From Octopus vulgaris (lineage: Eukaryota), in contig OX597826.1 of assembly GCA_951406725.2 (NCBI GenBank), positions 82,708,001-82,772,000 of the forward strand: a stretch of DNA of 64,000 nt. Direction: 5' to 3'. Positions within the stretch are counted from its first letter, which is position 1, and each line of letters begins with the position of its first letter. This document shows, one piece after another, positions 12,498 through 25,860 of this stretch. A program made the translations under genes and the position numbers. A model generated the notes under the pieces. That model had not been told where the DNA came from and did not search any database. It was given only the letters and a program-made list of their open reading frames with translations.

Positions 12498-15400
12498 AGC
12501 CCTCTCTATTTTTCTCTCGTCCTATCTGTCCTTTCCTACGTATTAATATCTCACTCACGTCTCTCCCTCTTATTCAAACAGACATACAGTTATCTTGTAT
12601 ACTAAGTGAAAAGTCCTGTTCTTATCGTCTCTATCCACTTTGTTATTTGAGTCTTCGTATACCCCGGTCAGTTGGTGACCTCTTAACCTTATATAAATTT
12701 CTGTTATATAATATAATATGTCAAAAGTCGTATCCATTTCTTCGCAGAGCATAGTTTCGCTCTCCATTCCTCTGGCCAATTGGTCCAGCATGCTTCCACT
12801 GCACTCATCTGCTCACTAAGTAAATATATCATGTATTATTTCCTATATTTCCTGGATCATTTTACTTTTATATTACTTTCATCCATCTTACGTTATTTAT
12901 TTATTTATTTCTATGCACTGGACTATCAAATGTACCGAGTAATTGTAACTTCAATATACATGATGTTGTACAGGGAAATTAGTTTATTTTCTGAAATATG
13001 GCATATCACTCTGCTGATACTCTGAGTATCAGAAAGGAGGCAGACAACCTGTGTGTTGCAAGTATTTCTGGGTGTCTTTTCAGTTGCCATTTTCATATCA
13101 GCCAAAACATATGAATTCTGATAACGTTTCCTCGGTGCAGCACAGTAGGCGAGCTTGCTAGAATGAAAACTATATAGAGTTAAGCCGAACCTATCGAAAA
13201 AAACCTGATCTATTCTGAGCAGAATACAACTTTTTACTGATAATTATATAATTCTTTCGATACATCTCAAATTAGTACATCAGTTCCCTCAATCAATGAA
13301 CTTATAGCAAGAGAATTCAATGTCACCAGCAAAACAACAAGCTCTTATGTGAAAGAGCAATACCTAAGCCAAAGAAATATGCCTCCAATCCATAAACAAT
13401 AAACTAGTGGTTCGCATTTCACAAGATTACCAAACTTCTAACACGACATAGTCATATATTTAGTTGTTGGTGGAGCCAGCGTCATATTACAATGGGACAT
13501 TGATCAACTTTAGATATTTATTAGCACTAAACTAAATGAAACATGATCGAAGAGCTAATCTAACACAGAAGCATTTTCATATGTAACGTCCACAGACAAT
13601 TAAGCAGTGGCGTGGTGCCAAACCGTGGGAAGACTTTAATCAATATGTGAATTTCAGTATAACATGAGAAAATAATCTTACACTGGTTTCCACCTGAGTA
13701 ACTCTTAATGGTTAGCTTTTATGTGGTGTCTCGGTATAATAGGAAGACCGAGCAGATCTACTTGAAAATGCAGCCGTTAATGTCGTCTGCTTTTCGAGAC
13801 GCTAAGAGGGACAGCTGAAACTGTACCAAGATGGAACAGAAATATCAGCCAAATCGCCCCAGAACTCAAACGTTATTCTCCGTTAAATATATGGCCTTGC
13901 GGGTACACTTGTGCTATATCTGATGGAAGTAACATCCAAACACACCTCTTTCTCACACACACACACTCATATAGATGATAGATTGTTATATAATGAAATA
14001 TACATGCATATTTTTGTGTGTACACATGTATACAATCATGTATATATGAATATGTATGTGTATATATATACATATATGGGTGTGAAAGGGCGTGCGCGTG
14101 TGTACATGCAACGTGTCCCCCCAAAATGTATTCATTGAATGATAACAAACTCTATGTTTATTAAAATACGTTTTACGTTCGTAATTTAATAGAATCTACA
14201 AACAAAATAGGAGTTTTTTGTATGTACTCCTGTTTCAAAGTAATCATCGCTCCGTTCCAGGCTCCGGTAATGACACGTAACAATGCAATCGCAATTATCA
14301 AGAAACATGTCTCGTTTAGTGACCAAATTCGTCGACCGGTATCGGTTTTGTAACCTAAGCATTATGTTTTAAGTATCACCATTAAAAAAATGTCTAGTGT
14401 TGTGAGATTCAGTGAACGTGAAGTTTATTCTATTGAAATTTCCGTTTGATTTATGATTTTGGTAAATTCTCATCAAGGTAGGCCCATAAATTTCCGTGGT
14501 GGTATAGGGGTCGTGTAGCTGGAAATAAATTCTATATAATCAAAATCCTCTCCAATGCAAGACATATTGTTGCAATAAATTCAAATAATTGAAACCAATC
14601 ACAGTACCATCATAAAAGAATGGTCTAATTAATCCTTTTTACGATAAGCCGCACCATTTTGTAACCACTGGTAAATTAACAAGTTACTGCTGTATCTCTA
14701 ACTACATGTCGGGCAAACGAATAAAAGTATGTAAATATTTCTTCCTTCGCGGTGTTGATTCTTCGATGTTTACTGTTTACTCTGACGTGCGAACCACAAA
14801 GTAAAAAGCTTGTAATATGCTACACAGGCAGTAAACAAAAATAAAATAGAACAGAGTGGTGACATTTAGTAGAGATGACCCAGAAGTTGTTGCTCTTCGA
14901 TTACAACTGCAAACAGCAGTAGCTTTCTTCAACTGCATACACGTCGTTGATTGGTTAAAATTACCCAAATACGACAACTTTAACACAAAATAGCTTCTAA
15001 AATACGAGTGTTGAAAGTAAACCGTGTTCAGCGTGAAAATTTACATTAGTATACGAAGTTTCAAATTTAGTTTTAAAAAAAATTAATCTGAGAGTGAAAC
15101 TGGACAGATCCCCCCACATACTTACATATACCTGTGTGTACTCGTGCTGGTGCGTGTATAAGTATATATTCCTAGGTCTCCCATTATTTGTGGCTCCGGG
15201 AGTACAATATCCCCAGGTTCTAAGGCATTCGAACTGCTGTATATTTTTCATGGAGACGTGAAATACAGTTCCGTATCGAATCATTTGCATACAGAAAATT
15301 CTGAATTTATAATCCTACTCATATGTAAGTATCCTTTAAATTAGAAAGTTTAAGGCTCTCTGGCATGAATCGTGCAGAAAAGCCATCTTGTTCTTTATTA

Positions 15401-16074
15401 CTTCTCAATGAGTATTTAATTATAGATATTTAAAAAGTGATCTACATATACAATTTGGTATCCATTGATATTGAAATAACTCCAGAATGAGGTAACCATC
15501 AACTAACAAGACAAGCAATCATCACATAAGACCAACTGTCTTATTGCATTCCGGTCGAATAATATTAGAGAAATGCATTATTTTACCAATATAAGTCACG
15601 CAGTAGAAAGGTTCTTCATCACACATAGATATGCTCACTTGCACCCATTCACTCACACATACACACACACACACATACACACATCTATGCGTGTATTTAT
15701 ATCTGTTTCTTTTAAGTCAAAATATTTTCACTTATTTTCTTGCTAAGAGGTCGAAAGTTCACCCTGTCAGTCTCTTTCTTCCGCCCCCTCTCTCTCTCTC
15801 TCACTGTCTCCCCCTTTCCTCTCTATAGCACATATACACTCGCGCGCGCATTCACACACACTCACACACACACAGACTAACCTCGTTTTATCCGCAGTCA
15901 ACATGTGTTGGCTCGCATGTGCCTATATGTTTCTTCTCAACATTGTATCCACCCAACATAGTTTTACATCCCTGTCTCTCTGCTTCTCTTTTACGTAGAA
16001 AGAAGCCGGGGAAAACTGAAAGAGACTTCTCTCTATCACTTTCATTCTTTCTATCTCTCTCATTGCCGCTCTCC

Positions 16075-16133
<59 letters not shown>

Positions 16134-16524
16134 TGTATGGGTGTACATTGAAACACATGTGACTGGCATATATTCTTTCAGACGATGTATGCAGTGGGCG
16201 GGGGTGGGGGAGGTCGTCGCGAAGAAACTAAAAGAAATGATAATAAAAGCCTAAACAAACCGAGATCGCTTCAAGAAATCACGTCCACGTGACTGTTGGC
16301 GTCTGTAATCTCTGTGAGAGTTGAGGAATGTCAGGCTGTAAGTCGATCCATGTTAGCAGAGGCAGAGCAGCGTTTCGACTGATGTGGGACGGAGTGACTC
16401 GCTAACCACCGCGTTCTAACTGCAACCACCACAACCGAACCTCGTTCAGCTGACGACGGAGCCTTTTCAGGGTCGATGGATGGTAACGTGCCTGAAACGA
16501 AAACCAAATCTGTCCCAATTTATA

Positions 16525-16536
16525 CACCACCACCAC

Positions 16537-16571
<35 letters not shown>

Positions 16572-16780
16572 GCTGCTACTGCTACTACGTTGTTTTACGA
16601 GCAGCAGTAACAGCCAAGTCAGAAATACGAGCAACACATGCGAGGAATGTTTTTACTTCCACAAACACCAATAACAGCTGCTACTGCTGCGACTGCCACT
16701 GGTACTACTGATGCCGCTGCTGCTGCTGCTGATGATGATGACGATGGTGGTAGTGGTGGTGGTGGTGGTGGTGGTGCCTG
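16525..16780. repeat. Compound trinucleotide low-complexity tract (CAC/CTA/CTG/GAT/GGT)
   Basis: Seen directly. Confidence 0.9.
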
Positions 16781-19700
16781 TACCACAGTCACAGAGGCAG
16801 CAACAAGGATGGTGTGTCAAACCCACATGGAGCCATTTCGTGGTTACTCGATATACTAGATACAGTAGCTGAACCTTTTTTTTTAAAGCAAACAATATTG
16901 TCTCCATATAAAAGGGAGACACTGGAATGCTTTTGCTCAGAAGAACAACAATTGCTTCGGAGTCGACAAACGATCGACTATACCGTTTCGAACTATTGGA
17001 AATAGCAACGAAATCTCCCTCAGTTAACCCCCGACTGATATCGTTTTTTTCATTCGCAAACGTCGTGTATTCAGTTGAAGAAAACTACTGCTGTTTGCGA
17101 TAGTATGTCGAGCGAAGGGCGAAGGGAAAGTGTTGCTCCTTGGTCATAGCTGACACAAAAAAGAAGTTTTCTGCCGCAAGAAAAACGATGACACCTTTAT
17201 CCTTTCTTCCTTTCCAGTCAGCACCGTGCATTCGTTACTCTTCCCTCTCTACTGGCAGATCACAACTTCTACACTATCAACTACTTTTTTCATTCGCAAA
17301 ATGAGTCCCCTTTAATTTTTCACAGATTGCTTTCAATCTTGATGTATCGATGCAACTCTGAATTTTGATCAACTAATTGCTTTATCTCGTAAATTAAAGA
17401 ATCTGATGTTATTTGGAATTAAATTTGGGAAATTTGGTTAATTTTAGCCAATGAACAGACAACGTGACATTAGCAGCTTGTTAACCGGACAACCGCACGC
17501 TCTGTTGGGGTTCACTGAATGTGCCGCATGTTATTCAATGTTGATTCTTCACACTTGATTCTTCACACCACGAGATTCGTTTCACACGCGTGTTTTCTTT
17601 AAATTTTTCTTTTATATATTACATATTTTTCAGTGTTTCTGTGTGTTAGTATTTTTCTGTGCGTTATTAATATTTTTCTGTGTTTTTTTACATATTTTTC
17701 ATTTCATATATTTTGGGACTCATTGACTCAGATAGCTGGATTTATGATTTCACTAGGTTAATTCTATTCATAAACATTTAAATTAGGAGTATTTCTTAAA
17801 CCGTTAGCTTCACATTTCACCAGCTTAACTGAAATTTAGCCCACGTAACAGGAACTGAGAGGGATATCGTGGAACAGAGAAACTGTGGGCGGTACAGATA
17901 ATTTTACATTCTGTTTGAACTCTACATGCAAAAACATATGAGATACAGGTATTCTTTTCCTTGGAGCAAATTCTTTGTTGACCAGTGTACTTCTTATCGT
18001 AGTTTACAAATCCAAGCATGAAAACATTACTCAGCTTTGGAGTTTTGGAGACCGATGACCACTTCACACACACACACACATACATGAATGCATAAATGTA
18101 CACATAAACTTATATATGAATACATACATCCACATGCGCTTATATATTAATGAAGTACACAGATACATGACAAGTATACATAATACTGAAATATGCATAA
18201 AGTAAACACATCCAGACAAAAATATTAATATAACAAATTTAAAAAATAATAGAACCATACAATCAATGAAGAGACAAAAGAAACAATAAGATGATACATG
18301 TTTATTTTATTAGGGATTTCTGTTTATTTAGAAACCTACAATGAACAGGTCATGTCACAGATGCTAAACAATAAATTTCACAGGGTACAACCTTAAAGTT
18401 GATACCGCTCCGCTCAACGCAGAAAATGCCTGTCTCGCTTTTGGCTAAAAATACACAGATTTTCCGATCTCTAAAGCTCTGTAACTTTTCCCTCCAATTT
18501 TTTTTCTGCACAATGTCATACCTTCATAGCAATGTGACTGCAAGACTTCATTATTAAAGCTGATTTTCAGATTTTTTCATTTCCTTAAAAAATGCATATT
18601 TTGTGAATGAAAAAACTAGACCTCGTCTCGATGAGAGCTGAGCTACTTCTGAACAAAAGAATAACAATAGTTGCTTGGGCTGACATCGTAGAGCTGATTA
18701 AATGTTGACTAATTTTGAATCCCGCTCTGTTTGTCTCCTTTCGTTCAATGTGAGCCTAATTGTAAATGCTCAGCTGATATAATCGCTGTGATTTATGTAG
18801 CAGTCTCATTTTCGAAATGAGCATGTGACACTCTGAGTAGCAATTATGTCAACAATTATTGTTTGTGACAAACGCATCACATTTCTCCCTCTTGTGCAAT
18901 TCATTGAGTTGTATCAATACATGACCACAAATCGATCTGCCGTCAACTGAATCATTTGAATACTGAAAGTTGAGGATCAGGATTCTTCAAACACAACCTA
19001 TGATATATATATAACTGTTTAATCTAAAGTCATCCACAATACGCAATTGCCGATCGTCTCGTGTGACAATGAGTTCAGTGAAAGGATTTTCCCAGCCAAA
19101 TTGATATAATAGTTATTAAGGTATATGAGATGCCAGAAATAGTTAAACAGTGGATAAATCAGCGGCTTACAGAATAATGCTAACACATTGGATAAAATGG
19201 AGAAGGATGAAGACACTATCACTCACCTGCTCCTTGCAATATATATATATATATACATATAGAACTGAAGGAAAACACAAAAAAATATATATTAGTTGCA
19301 CCTGTGAACTGATCAACTTTACTTCATTAGTTTTAATTAAAGTGATCGGTAGATTTGAATATTCATTGTTACTCTGGAAATGAACATGCAGTACATGCAG
19401 CGATCAGTTATGTTGGACAAATTGATTCCAGCGGCACATTTTTGCATAATTTTTTGAGAACTTCCTCTAAAATATGCAGAAAATATTTTTTATTTCTGTC
19501 AGACATGAAGTAGTTCTAATTGTTGACGATCGAAATATAGTAAACATCAAATACTTTCCAATGACCCCCGTCAATTCCCTCGAGCAACTTCCAGCAACCA
19601 CATTTGTGTCTGCTAATTTGATCAGACATTACCTTAAAATCATTTTTAAAAAATTATTTTATCGTGCACTTAGATCTCGATCATTTGACGTTGGCCGCGA

Positions 19701-20482
19701 GATTTGAATACAAATTGAATTTTTCTCGATCGCACCAAGGTGATATCATTCAGTGTTACGTTCTTGTGTCTTCATGCTATTATCTAACTCATTAATTACA
19801 GCATCCTCATTTTCGAAATTAGCAATTCGCGCTACACTCAGAATGTTCCTGACATTAATATTACGTTTGACTGGTACATTTGATTGTATCGTCTCTGAAT
19901 ATGGTTACAACGACGTTTATTGATATGAGAGGGGCTAAAAAAGCCTAAGTTTCATTTGCTAAATTATCATTTGAACAGACAAAATTGAACTCTGCCTCAA
20001 CGTCAAGCGCTCCTCTATCACGTTCGCAAATGAACCTTCATAAAAGTAAAACTAAGAAGCGTGCCCAAAGTTGAGGCGCTATTCTTTCACCTTTACCAAT
20101 CAATATGGTGACAAAGTATATATTTATTACGCAATCATTGAATTATTAAACAACTACGCAGCTGAGAAAATAGTTTCTCTCAAGATATTGAAGAATGTTT
20201 TCATTATTACGGAAACATTCCGAGGTAATAGTCCAATCTGTGCCACGTCACCTGTAAGTTTTATTTCAAAATTGAATTAGTAAAGTTTCAAATTAGCATA
20301 AATTTTTTCAAAAGTGTTCACAGCAATTACATACGTGATAATAAATACCAAAAGAAACAGCTTCAACTGGAATAACACCAAAAGGCAGAAACCGAGGAAA
20401 TTCCAACATTATTTTGAAAACAGAAAGCGAATTGCAAGGTTTTAACAACCATAACATATGATTTGTGTGTGTGTGATATGTA

Positions 20483-20519
<37 letters not shown>

Positions 20520-20944
20520 GTAGTTAATTAAAGCTTGGTTATACAGCTGGTAGTATGACGATTAAAGCACATTCACTGTCTGTAGCTGCCTGATGTCTTC
20601 CAGAGTATTGGTATAAAAGCTACTGGATCCCCAGGAATTCCTCAGTGATTCTGTGTATATAACAAATGAAAGAATCAGAAAATGATATTCACAAGACTTG
20701 TTATTATTAATCAACGATCGTTTCGAACTCTGCTGCATCGATCATTCACCGTTATCGTGCATCCATCAGTGTGGATGTGTCGCGGGTCAGGAGGCTTTTT
20801 AAAAGGTACCTTGCTCAATAAACTCGGTTTTGCTTGGTTCGATTATACAGCATGTCGTTATTTGCCTCGAGGTGGTTGACTCTAGGCCTCATGGTTTCGA
20901 ATGATTGTATCTAACGTCTGTAGATATATGCATATATACATACT

Positions 20945-20976
<32 letters not shown>

Positions 20977-21010
20977 CGCATATAAGTCTACAGGTATGCG
21001 TTTATAGTGT

Positions 21011-21041
<31 letters not shown>

Positions 21042-21411
21042 CTTACATACATATATATATATATATACACACACAAACACAAACACACATATATGTATAT
21101 ATGTATATATGTATATATGTATATATATATATATATATACTCATACATACATATTGATGTTTATACACCTGTATTTGTCTTCTCGTTTTCTGTAAATTTC
21201 AACTATACATATCTCTTCTCCCTCTCTTTAATTCCTTTGCCCCTTTTTTTTTCTCTCTCATCTCTTCTCACGTGACCGCTGGCTATAGCTTTTCCGCTTC
21301 TGACCAGCGCCACGACAACATCGCAATCTTCGTCAGCCGTAAGGCATTATTTTTCAAATACGCCAGCTAATTTCAACTGTCTAAAGTCGAAAGACGCCTG
21401 TTGTTTTGTCC

Positions 21412-21454
<43 letters not shown>

Positions 21455-21931
21455 GTTTTTTGTATTTATATTCGTATTATTTTTTGTTTTTTTGTATTTA
21501 TATTCGTGTAACATCGTCCGTTTTTCTGTTCTTGATTCGTATACATTCGATCCTTTTTCCAAGAAATCTAATGCTCGTAGATTAGTTTTTCCTTGGGGCT
21601 GGCCAGATCGGACCAATCTCAAGATTAATCAGCCGAAATTGCGAGGATGATCCGGTTCTTAACTGGAGATTAGAGGCTTCGAATGACCCGTCCGTTTTTT
21701 GTATCCTCTATTTGAATGTTTTACGTTCTTGTCCCATTTTGTATTTTTAGATAGATAGATAGATAGATAGATAGATGCATACATACATACTTACATACAC
21801 ACACATACATACATACATACATACATGCATATATATATATATGTATATATATGCATACATACGTACATACATACGTACATACATACATACATACATACAT
21901 ACATACACAGATACATATATACATACATATT

Positions 21932-23873
21932 AGAGACTGTGAGAATAAAATCAGTCTCTCCCTTGAAAAAGATATGGTAAAAATAGAAGTCAAGGCGGTG
22001 GAAAACAGAAAAAGAAACCCTAAAGCATTGTACAAGTTCGCAAAAGGGTCTGCCTCAGTGCAATACAGGATAGGGCCACTGTTTGATTAAAAGGGCTCAC
22101 AGGCTGCTGACCCAAAGAGTATAAGTGAAGCACTCAGGAAACAATTCCAAAGTGTTTTCACCTCTCCACTAGAGAAAAAGCGACCATCAATTACATTGAC
22201 CTTACACAAGAGCATGTATTGTCGACCATTGGCGAGATAAACACAAACTCTGCAACAGGCCCCGATGGACTCGCATCAATTCTGTTAAAAACATGCAAGA
22301 AAGCTCTTGCAGAACCACTGCAAATACTTTTCCATAGTTCCCTTCAATACGGTACATTTCCTCAAACGTTAAAAAAAAAGAATAATCTGCCCTGTCCACA
22401 AAGGAGGAAGCAGAGCAGATGCAGTAAATTAGAGACCCATCAATCTGACCTCACATGTCAACAAGATCATGGACCGCATTGTCAGAAAAAGACTGACCAC
22501 GTTCCTGGAGGAAAATGACTTGCTAACAGACTCGCAGCATGGTTTCCGTCCTGGAAGGAGCTGCCTAACACAGCTGCTACAGTCCTTCGACTGGGTACCA
22601 AAACAACAGCTGAACCATTTAGGTGTGGATGTGATATTGCTCGACTTTGCCAAGGCGTTTAACAAAGTCGATCATGGGATGGTATATCACAAACTGCTTG
22701 ACCTCTGTATCACTGGTAGACTGGGAGAGTGGCTGCATGATTTCCTAATGAGCAGAAGTCAGACTATCACAGCAAATGTTGCTCTATCTGATGTGACACT
22801 GATCCTCAGTGGAGTCCCTCAAGGAACAGTGCTGGGTCCCCTATTGTTCGTGGTTGCTCCCTCGGACATGCCCTCAGCCATAGAGTCAGCCACATTCACC
22901 AGCTACGCCGATGATACAAAAGTATCTCAGGCGGTCAGGGATCCTACTAACATCCTAAGACTGCAGAATGACCTGGGCGCAATATATAAATGGGCTGATG
23001 AGAATAATATGCAGTTCAATGCCACAAAATTTCAAGCACTTCACTATCAGCCCACAAACAAACTACAGCTGAAGTACACGGGACCGGCAGGCAATGTAAT
23101 CCCAGAGTTAGGGTCGGTGCGTGACCTGGGAATCCACATGTGCCATGAGGCAATCTTCCACGTGCACATTGCCCAGATGGCACCACTATGCAGGCGGGTG
23201 GCAGGCTGGATCTTTAGATCCTTCAGGATCAGGAACAGAGATTCAGTGCTTCTGCTTTGGACAACCTTTGTTCTCGGTCGTCTGGACTACTGCTCCCAAT
23301 TGTGGCCCCCACATAGTGTAGAACTAATTGCGGAACTAGAAGCCACTACGCAAAGAAGATAGACTAAGAAAAACACATAGGCTAATGGGAGAGGGTGAGG
23401 GAAGTGGGACTCTACTACCAGGAGTGGAGAGAAGAGAGATATACAATGCTATATATATGGAAAATAATGGAGGGTCTTGCTCCAAATTTTGGAATCGAAA
23501 CCTACAACAATTCCCGAACTAGACGGCACTGCACAGTACTAAACATTCCATATTCTCCATCGAGGATACGAACCCGACATTGTAATATCTTGGGATTCAA
23601 GGGACCACAAATTTTTAATGCCCTACCACAGAACATCAGGGATCTGCAAGGTGTAGACATGGAAGTCTTTAAAAAACGTCTAGACAGCCATTTATCTGCG
23701 ATTCCAGACGAATCCACATCGCGTCAAGAGGCACAAAGAAGAGCGGCATCGTCTAACACCTTCCTTCATCTGAAGCAATATTGACAAAATTCCCGGATGC
23801 AGTAAAGGCGGTGCTCCAGCATGGCCTCAGCCTCTGCCGGGGACCCATGAAAGATAAAAGATAAAAAAAAGAT
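21932..23873 (+). mobile_element. CR1-like LINE, 5'-truncated, decayed ORF2 (RT) with 3' tail
   Basis: ORFs 22219-22518 (SATGPDG..LLK), 22469-23362 ([60 protein letters not shown]) and 23395-23784; ends ggcggtgctccagcatggc...(GATAAAA)n. Confidence 0.95.
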
Positions 23874-23980
23874 ATATATATGTATGTATGCATGTATCTA
23901 CCTATCTATCTATATATATATATATATATATACATACATATATATATATATATATCGATAGATAGATAGATAGATAGATA

Positions 23981-24192
23981 CCGGAGTAAGCACATAAATG
24001 TGAAACAAGGTGGAAAAAAGAATACTCAAATACCAGAGGTAGAGTAATATGCTTTATTTAAAAGCAGCAGAAATGTAACAAAAGCTGTTACTCGGAGTTT
24101 CACGTTCCCGTTCGTCGGACAGTTTTGTTGTCCTACGAACGTGAAACTCCGAGTAACAGCTTTTGTTACATTTCTGCTGTTTTTAAATAAAG
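23981..24192. mobile_element. Short fold-back element (Penelope-like or retrozyme-like terminus), copy 1
   Basis: 56-bp inverted arms 24052-24107 / 24137-24192 with one mismatch; the leader ccggagtaagcacataaatgtgaaacaaggtgg is shared with 37309; flanked by (GATA)n and (TA)n. Confidence 0.8.
24077..24129 (-). ncRNA. Minimal type I hammerhead-ribozyme-like motif (core variant CCGACGA)
   Basis: Minus strand: AACAAAA-CUGU | CCGACGA | ACG-GGAA-CGU | GAAA | CUC-C-GAG | UA | ACAG-c-UUUUGUU. Stems I, II and III and the core are in canonical order. Confidence 0.65.
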
Positions 24193-24211
24193 TATATATA
24201 TATAGACATAC

Positions 24212-24262
<51 letters not shown>

Positions 24263-25278
24263 TGTTCTGCTCCTCTATCACCGTAGCACTTTACCTTCCA
24301 CTCATATCCAGCCTCTCCTTGACTCTTCCCCCCTCTCTCTCTCTCTCTCCCATTACGACTCGGAACACTCCGAGTTCGCTTTCACTCTCTTTTTATTCTT
24401 AGTCTCTGACATTTTAAAAGAAAAATCATTACCAAAGCTAGAACCCCCATTTACCATTATCGGCTCTTCACCTTCGTAAAAGTAAAAGAATTATACGGAT
24501 GCCGACACGCCGCTCTTTCATTGTTATCAGTCAACAATGTTAAATATTAATTTACCCGGCCACAGGTGTAACGAATCACTAAATAGATGAGGTTATATTT
24601 TATTGTCATATTATTGGAGGCTCTCTTTTTCTTACGGAAACTTCCGTAGACAATATTCATCTTGTCTTGAGTAACTGTAGGCCTAACGCTTAAAAGTTAA
24701 GTGCTAAATTTTCAGGTTAATAGAAACTTTCTCAGAAGAATTTCATGAAAGGTAATAATAATAAAAAAAAAAAAAGAGAAATAAAACTGCTTCTGTTCAA
24801 ACAAGGAAAATAACGACAAAAACTGGTACGGCTTAGGAATTCTGCAATCTTCAGGCAATTCTTGACAAAAAGACTCGACGCCTTCGAAAGAAACATACAA
24901 ATAGTCAGTAGTACCATATTGTATAGCAATGAGAGAGAGAGAGGGAGAGAGAGAGAGAGAGAGAAGAACCGAAAAGTTAAGAAATAAAGAGAAAGAGAGA
25001 GGGGTAAGAGAGGAGAGACAAGAAGATAAAATGCGAGTGATCTGAGTGAGAAATAAAGAAATTATACTGTACCAGGTCAAAATTATACTGTACCCGGCTA
25101 AGTGTTGCACTAAATTTACTAAGATCTTTCTCATTAAAGATTAATAGAAACAGTTGCATACTTGGAATAGATTTAATCGATTATATTGAACTTTTACCAA
25201 TTTACAGTCATATATTATATAAAATACATCCTCTGTATGTGTGTGTGTGTGTGTGTGCGTGTGTGTGTGCGTGTGTGT

Positions 25279-25320
<42 letters not shown>

Positions 25321-25429
25321 GTGTGTGTGTGTGTGTGCAGTGAATACAAAGATAATCGCCAAACACTTCTTAATATCACGTCACATTTCATACCTTTAAT
25401 TTATATTACATGACACTGACTCGTGTTCC

Positions 25430-25860
25430 TTTTCCACTCCATCGCATCACACTACACCGCCATACAATAATAGCATAAGATTAGCTCACACTACACTGAT
25501 AAACTATTACACACCTTTATACCCTACCTCACAACTATTTATACCATATCACCTGCATATGTCGTGTTAAACAAGACTCCGATATCATAATTATGCCACA
25601 CTAAATTTCTATACGTTACACGTTATATCATACTGCACTGATGTACAACATAATTACACAACATAACAGGATACGTCGGTGCTCTTGCATAAACAAAAAT
25701 CATGTGACATCACAAGGCATTTATTACACTATATTACACCAATGCCACACGGCTATCTTTCGTACACAGCGTCGTACTATTACTCCAAGGAGACATTACA
25801 TCATGCTACACCTCCATACTATTACGCAATATTCCACCACTGTACATTGCTATACACGAC
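25430..25860. repeat. Degenerate ~5-bp-period repeat (TACAC/ATCAC-like)
   Basis: Recurrent cacta/tacac/cacac units in a C/A/T-rich, G-poor tract. Confidence 0.5.

Noticed and set aside
16638-16859. Ala/Asp/Gly-rich 73-aa ORF
   Set aside because: Built from trinucleotide repeats; no domain or splice support.
20584-20601. agctgcctgatg resembling the start of a miR-22/745-family microRNA
   Set aside because: The match stops after about 12 nt and no precursor hairpin is evident.
20700-20775. Minus-strand ctgatgga...cgaaacgatcgtt hammerhead-like pieces
   Set aside because: The core is non-canonical and stems I and II could not be built.
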